Positions 58,360 through 64,000 of a DNA stretch of 64,000 bases are shown here, piece after piece. A program made the translations under genes and the position numbers. Every line of letters starts with the position of its first letter. Positions within the stretch are counted from its first letter, which is position 1. This DNA is from the human T2T-CHM13v2.0 reference genome, Homo sapiens, in assembly GCF_009914755.1 (NCBI RefSeq), contig NC_060933.1; one strand, 5' to 3'. Below the pieces are notes generated by a model. It was not told the origin of the DNA. It did not search any database and saw nothing but the letters and a program-made list of their open reading frames with translations.

Positions 58360-59030
58360 AGTAGTGCTGGGACTAGATCTTAACCACATGGAAACAAGAT
58401 CAGACCTATATGGCACATCAAAATCAATCCCAGGTGAGTCAATGATTTATATGCAAAAAACTTCAATGATCAGTTTTTTTTAAAACAGCACCAATAGAAA
58501 AAAAAAGCAGGGAAAGTACATAAAGGCAATTCACAAGAAGAGAATACAAGTAGGCATATGAAAACTATTTGGCCTCATTATCATGGAGTGCAAATGAAAA
58601 TCATGCCATACCATATTTTGTTTGCAAGAGGGGCAAATTGACAAAAAAAATCCAGTGTTAATGGGCATATGAGAAAACAGACACCCATTCCCACTTATTT
58701 GTGTGCACAGCAAGATGAAGAATTATATGACAGCTTGCATCACCATCATTCAAAGTGGGATGTTATGTCACCCAAAAATTCCAATTCTAGGATATATAAT
58801 CTAAAGAAATCATTGGACAAGTGGCCAAATACCTATGTAATGGGAAAGTAATCACAGTGTGATCCACAATAACAAAAATGAGAAAAAAAATAAATGCGTA
58901 GTGATAGGAGACCAATTAGTTATGTTGACTCTCCACAATGGAAATATATGGCTGAGAAAATCAATGCAGATGAATATTTACTGACATGAAATGCCGTCTA
59001 CAGTACAGTAAATGAGAAAGTAATGAATAA
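58360..59030 (+). mobile_element. Highly diverged L1ME ORF2-end/3' fragment
   Basis: aggcaattcacaagaagagaatacaa...gtgcaaatgaaaa...aattccaattctaggatatataatctaaagaaat. Confidence 0.6.
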
Positions 59031-59039
59031 AACCTACTA

Positions 59040-59225
59040 GGCCAGGAGGGAGTACAGTAAAGGTTAAGAGGGGTACCTGTGCTCAAATTCCAAGTCTGCC
59101 ACTTACCTGCTGCCTCACCATGAACAGGCTCTCAATTGGCCTCATCTGGGAAACGGGAATGGTAACACTGCAAGCACTCAGCCAGTGCTCAGCCCACAGC
59201 AAGCCTTTAAAAGTGTCTCTGTTAC
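59040..59225 (+). mobile_element. MIR
   Basis: gtacagtaaaggttaagag...tcaaattccaagtctgccacttac...cctcatctgggaaacgggaat. Confidence 0.7.
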
Positions 59226-60214
59226 TTTCAGGTGAAGATGATTTGGATTATTTTTAAGCTTGCACACACATATACACACATCTGTAAGTTGGAATTATAG
59301 TCACCAAAACTTAATGGTGGTAATCACTGGGTGGTAGGCGAACAGTGTTTCATTATTTATGCACAAGAAAGTAAACACAATTCTATCCCCTCTTGGTTAT
59401 GAGCATGTCATGCCTATTAGTTGTCAAAGTTCAAACCTAAGAATTTTTGTTAAAAGTTTTTTTAAAGTTTTAGTATCAGTTTGACTGTTAGCAAGAACAG
59501 GGATGCTGTCTGTTCTGTTTCCTCTCATTTTCAATGCGAGGGATTCATATTCTGTTGGCTATTTTGATACTAAAGTCATCCACTTTATATAAATTTAAAA
59601 ATACTATTAATACTTCATCCAAACAATTTTGGATCCCCAAGATAACTGTGTCAAAACATTCTCTGACAAAGGTCTATGTTTATAAAAATGAAGAACTGAG
59701 CTGCACTGTAATTCCTTTCTAAATCTTCAGAAAAACATCTCCTGTCTGCTCCAAATTGCTCACAGACATGGAGTTTATTACCCTGTGCTGGAAGCCAAAT
59801 GGGGATCTCATTTCTACTGTGACAATTAAAGACAAAATCCTGTGCTAGAATTGCATGTTTTTGTGGCTGAGTTTTCTTTTTTTAAATGCAAATGTAAAAA
59901 TGATACTTTTCCTCCATCTGACTAGCAAAAACTAAAGTCAGATAACAAAACGTTGGTGGATGTGTGAGGAAACAGAAAGTTCCATGCATTGCCGTTGGAA
60001 CAATAAGTTAGTGCAGATGCTTTGAAGAGAATTTGGCAGTATTTTTTTTTAAAATGAAAATATGCACATTTTAGATTGGTTATTAGATGATACTATGGAA
60101 TTACTGTGGTTTTATTAGATATGATAATTTTATTGTGGTTACATAAGAGAATGATTATCAGCAAATCAGTGAAGGAATACTTAGGGAGTAAAGTCTAACA
60201 CTTTAAAAGTTTCA

Positions 60215-60555
<341 letters not shown>

Positions 60556-60972
60556 CTATCTAGAGAAAAAGCATATATGGTAAGATTACATTCTTGGATA
60601 ATTTAGGTAAAAGGCAAGCAGATGATTGTTGTGTTCTTTCAACTTTCCTGCAGGTTTAAAAAATGTCAAAACTAAAGAGTTGGAGAAAAAAGTGGCATGG
60701 CCTCATTTCCACAAGGTAACATGCACGACGATGTCCACTGCACCATTAGTAACCGTGAATAACTGGGTGTTGCCCAAATGCCTGAACAAAATGTGTATTT
60801 GTTGGAGGAAATATTTTACAGCAATGAAAAGGAGTGTACTGAATCTATAGCATAACAGCATAGATGGATCTTAGAAAGCAGTGCTGAGTGAAAAAATAAA
60901 TACCTGAATATAGGTTGCCTAATGAGTCTCATAATACCATTTGCTTCAACATTTATTTGAAAGCACACATAA

Positions 60973-61266
60973 GGCCGGGCACAGTGGCTCATGCCTGTAA
61001 TCTCAACAGTTTGGGAGGCCGAGGTGGGCAGATCACCTGAGGTCAGGAGTTCAAAATCAGCTTGGCCAACATGGTGAAACCCCATCTCTACAAAAATACA
61101 AAAATTAGCCGGGCATGATGGTGGGTGCCTGTAGTCCCAGCTACTCAGGAGGCTGAGATGGGAGAATCGCTTGAACTCAGGAGGCGGAGGTTGCAGTGAG
61201 CCAAGATCCCTCCATTGCACTACAGTCTGGGCGACAATGTGAGACTCCATTTCAAATAATAAAAAT
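60973..61266 (+). mobile_element. AluSx-like
   Basis: 13-bp TSD aaagcacacataa (60960-60972 / 61267-61279). Confidence 0.95.
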
Positions 61267-63104
61267 AAAGCACACATAAAATGCGTTCACAGTTGCATAT
61301 CTACAAAAGATATGGAGAGTGAATTCAAACACATCATGGCAGATATATGGAGGTAGATGCTAATGGGGTGGGGGCAGAGATCATGAGGGAAAAAGAGGGG
61401 CCATGACATGATACTGATGAAAGCAATCCATTCCTGACCACTGAACCTGGAAAAGGCTTTTTGAGTTTCAACTTACTGGATCAAATGTTTTAGAAAGGAA
61501 TAAAATGCATTCATTATAAAGCTGAATCATTCCAGGCCACCACCAGGGCATCACAATACGTCTCCATGTTTGAGTCAGCAAGTCCCAGAACCCAGCTTTC
61601 CTCTTCCTCACAGCCCAGGCCACTCACAACTGTGTGCTCAGAGTTCTCCCCCTCCTCTCTCACTCCTAATCAACCCCAGGTTTCCCAAATCAGAAGCTTG
61701 CTTGGAAATTGCCTTGTGCCACTCACTAATGTGCCCTACCACCACCCCCAGACACACACACATCCCACAGCCCCTTTTCTTCTTAATCATGGTAACCTAG
61801 CATGGGGTTAGAGTTAAGGCACAGTTAAGAATGTATCTTTGGCAGGTACAACTTCAGCCGTTTGGGGAGGATGCACTTTCTTTTTGGGGACAACTTCTTT
61901 GAGAGCCTCTGGCACTTTAAAGATACTAATAATTTTACATTTAGAAGTTACAAAATCAGTACAAACAGGAAACACATTTATACAAGAAAAGACATTTTTC
62001 CACCCCACACAGCATGGGTTACCACGGTTAAGAAGAAATCATTCTCAGCCAGGCAATGACCTTCTTGCAGCCCTTCATTTTGAAGTGAACTATGGCCAAA
62101 ATAAGAACAAACCCGGGGGTCTAAGGGTGCCCCTCCACAGCAGCCTTGCCCTGGGCTGACACCAAGGAGGCATGCACTACATGCATATACGGAATAAATG
62201 AATTAATGAATAAGTGAATGAGAAAGAAGGGAGAATGGGAGAAAGAGAAAGGGACAAGAGAGGAAAATGGAAAGAAAAAGATTAGGAGAGAGAAGCAGCT
62301 GACTCCGTGAGGCTATGGTGAATTGCCAGAGCCAGACACATATCCCAAATTTATTATTCCTACGAGCAATTATGATCCAGTGGGAAAGTAACCAGAATGC
62401 AGTGAAATCAGTGAAGACCACCTTGCTTTTTCCAGTATTTTTATGTTCTAGGACAAGTACAGACATTTTGCTGTGCACTCTCATTCTGATTACTCGAACA
62501 ATATTTCATTAAGAACAACATACTGGTTAGCTGGGGATATGAATGGCCCACGCTTGGGAAACTTTCTGGCAGAGTATGAAACTATCTTTTCAATAACTAA
62601 CAAAAATATGATAGAAAAACAAGAGATGGTCTGAATAAATGCTATAAGGAAGAAAGCTAAGTGTAAAGCTGTTCTGCTCCAGTGGAACAAGGAGTGCGGT
62701 GGTTAATAGATGATTACTTCATGGGAGCAAATGACACCATAGAAGATTAAGTAACCTTTAGCATTCATGACTAGACAATCCCTAATCAAGAATGAAGAGG
62801 AAAAAGACACTTTCTCAAAAAACGGGATCATTCGCATAATGTTTTTATATTAGCTATTTATGACCATATTTTTAAAGAGGGAATCTGAGCAGCCCTTAGG
62901 GATTATCTTACCCAACCCCTTCATTTTGCCAACAAGTTCAGAATGGCTAAATGAGCCTTTCCTCAGGCCTCATAGCCATTTAGAACCACAACCCTGGAAG
63001 AACCCCAGCCCCATTTTTACAAATGGGACCCTGTCCTCTGAAATCTGTCTCAGTCTCCCAGCTTTCTGGGGATTCAGTTGGAAAACATAAACATATTTAA
63101 AAAA

Positions 63105-63436
63105 TAATTCTTAAGACAATAGAGGATATTTAAATATAGATCAGAAAATATATAATGGAAATGTTATTAATATTCTTAGATGTGACAATGTATTTTGCTC
63201 ATATAGAAGGGTTCTTAACAAAGAAGCATTTGGAGGTGCCTTGCCATGAAATCTGCACTTTCACATTGTCCAGCAAAACAGAACAGATAGATCAGATAGA
63301 TAGATAGACAGACAGACAGACAAATAGATAAGCAAATATGGCAAAATGTTGACAGTTACTAAGTTTAGATGGCAGAGAGGGGGAGTTCATTATACTATTG
63401 CTTCAAACCTTTATTTTGAAGATTTTTCATAATAAT
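63105..63436 (+). mobile_element. L1MC4/5-like 3' end
   Basis: ttcttagatgtgacaatg...agcaaatatggcaaaatgttgaca...gttcattatactatt...ttttcataataa. Confidence 0.65.
63295..63322 (+). repeat. (GATA)3(GACA)4 compound tetranucleotide repeat
   Basis: agatagatagatagacagacagacagac. Confidence 0.9.
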
Positions 63437-63925
63437 ATACATACATTTTTGAAAATCACTCTTTTAAAGCATTTCAAAGTTTGAGTAGTAGTCTTAGATC
63501 TGTATACCCAGCTGCTCAGACACCCCATATGACACAGCAAAGCCAGACTTCTAAAGGAGGGAGATTTACGGGGCTCCCAGATCGTACATCTAACCACAAT
63601 GACAGCAAAATCACTTCTAGAAAATGTATCTAGGGAATGGTAGAAACCAGATGAGGTTCTCCATTAGGTATGATGAAGACACCTTGGACCCATGTGTCAC
63701 TGTGTGCCATTCTTCCCATAAAAGGCTAGGGTGGGGTAGAGACTGGGGCCTGCCTTCTGTATAAAGTCAGAAGAAGCCTCTGAAAAAGTATGACAGATAA
63801 TAATGATTTTCCAAGAAAGACTGCTACTGCCTTTGTTTACTTCCGTATTCTAAAGAAGCAATTTCGAAACACCTGATTCAGAGTTGTATCTCTTCTAGCA
63901 AGTACCATTACTGAAAAAAGGTGTT

Positions 63926-63972
63926 AAAAAACAAAAAACAAAAAAAAAAACAAAAAACAAACAAACAAAAAA
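63926..63972 (+). repeat. (AnC)n A-rich simple repeat
   Basis: Read directly; no adjacent retroelement body recognised. Confidence 0.9.
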
Positions 63973-64000
63973 CCTCGCCCTGAGAACCTAAGCAGGATGG

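Overview
Human (or great-ape) genomic DNA from inside GNA14 (G-alpha-14, Gq family), which runs on the - strand. The only coding sequence is a 185-bp internal exon (34079-34263, exon 2: P-loop GTGESGKST through ...YVCEQNK) with canonical AG/GT ends. Bases 1-34078 are intron 2 and 34264-64000 are intron 1. The rest is intronic and repeat-rich: 33 Alus, a near-full-length decayed L1MA, older L1MB/MC/ME/PB pieces, L2/MIR, MaLR LTRs (2 MST, 2 MLT1C) and DNA-transposon relics (MER33, MADE1, MER5B, MER58, MER30, MER94). I found no evidence for a new gene or multi-gene system; the other ORFs are repeat-derived or chance. The most unusual signals are small: a mosaic templated insertion at 13535-13580 copied from two sites 1.5-1.7 kb away, an Alu whose poly(A) tail is a G-quadruplex motif inside intact TSDs, inverted MST LTRs bracketing exon 2, orphan filler DNA and an Alu-associated deletion in the L1, perfected palindromes, a 41-bp VNTR and an octamer cluster. 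Repeat subfamily names were assigned by eye from remembered consensus sequences and need RepeatMasker/Dfam confirmation.
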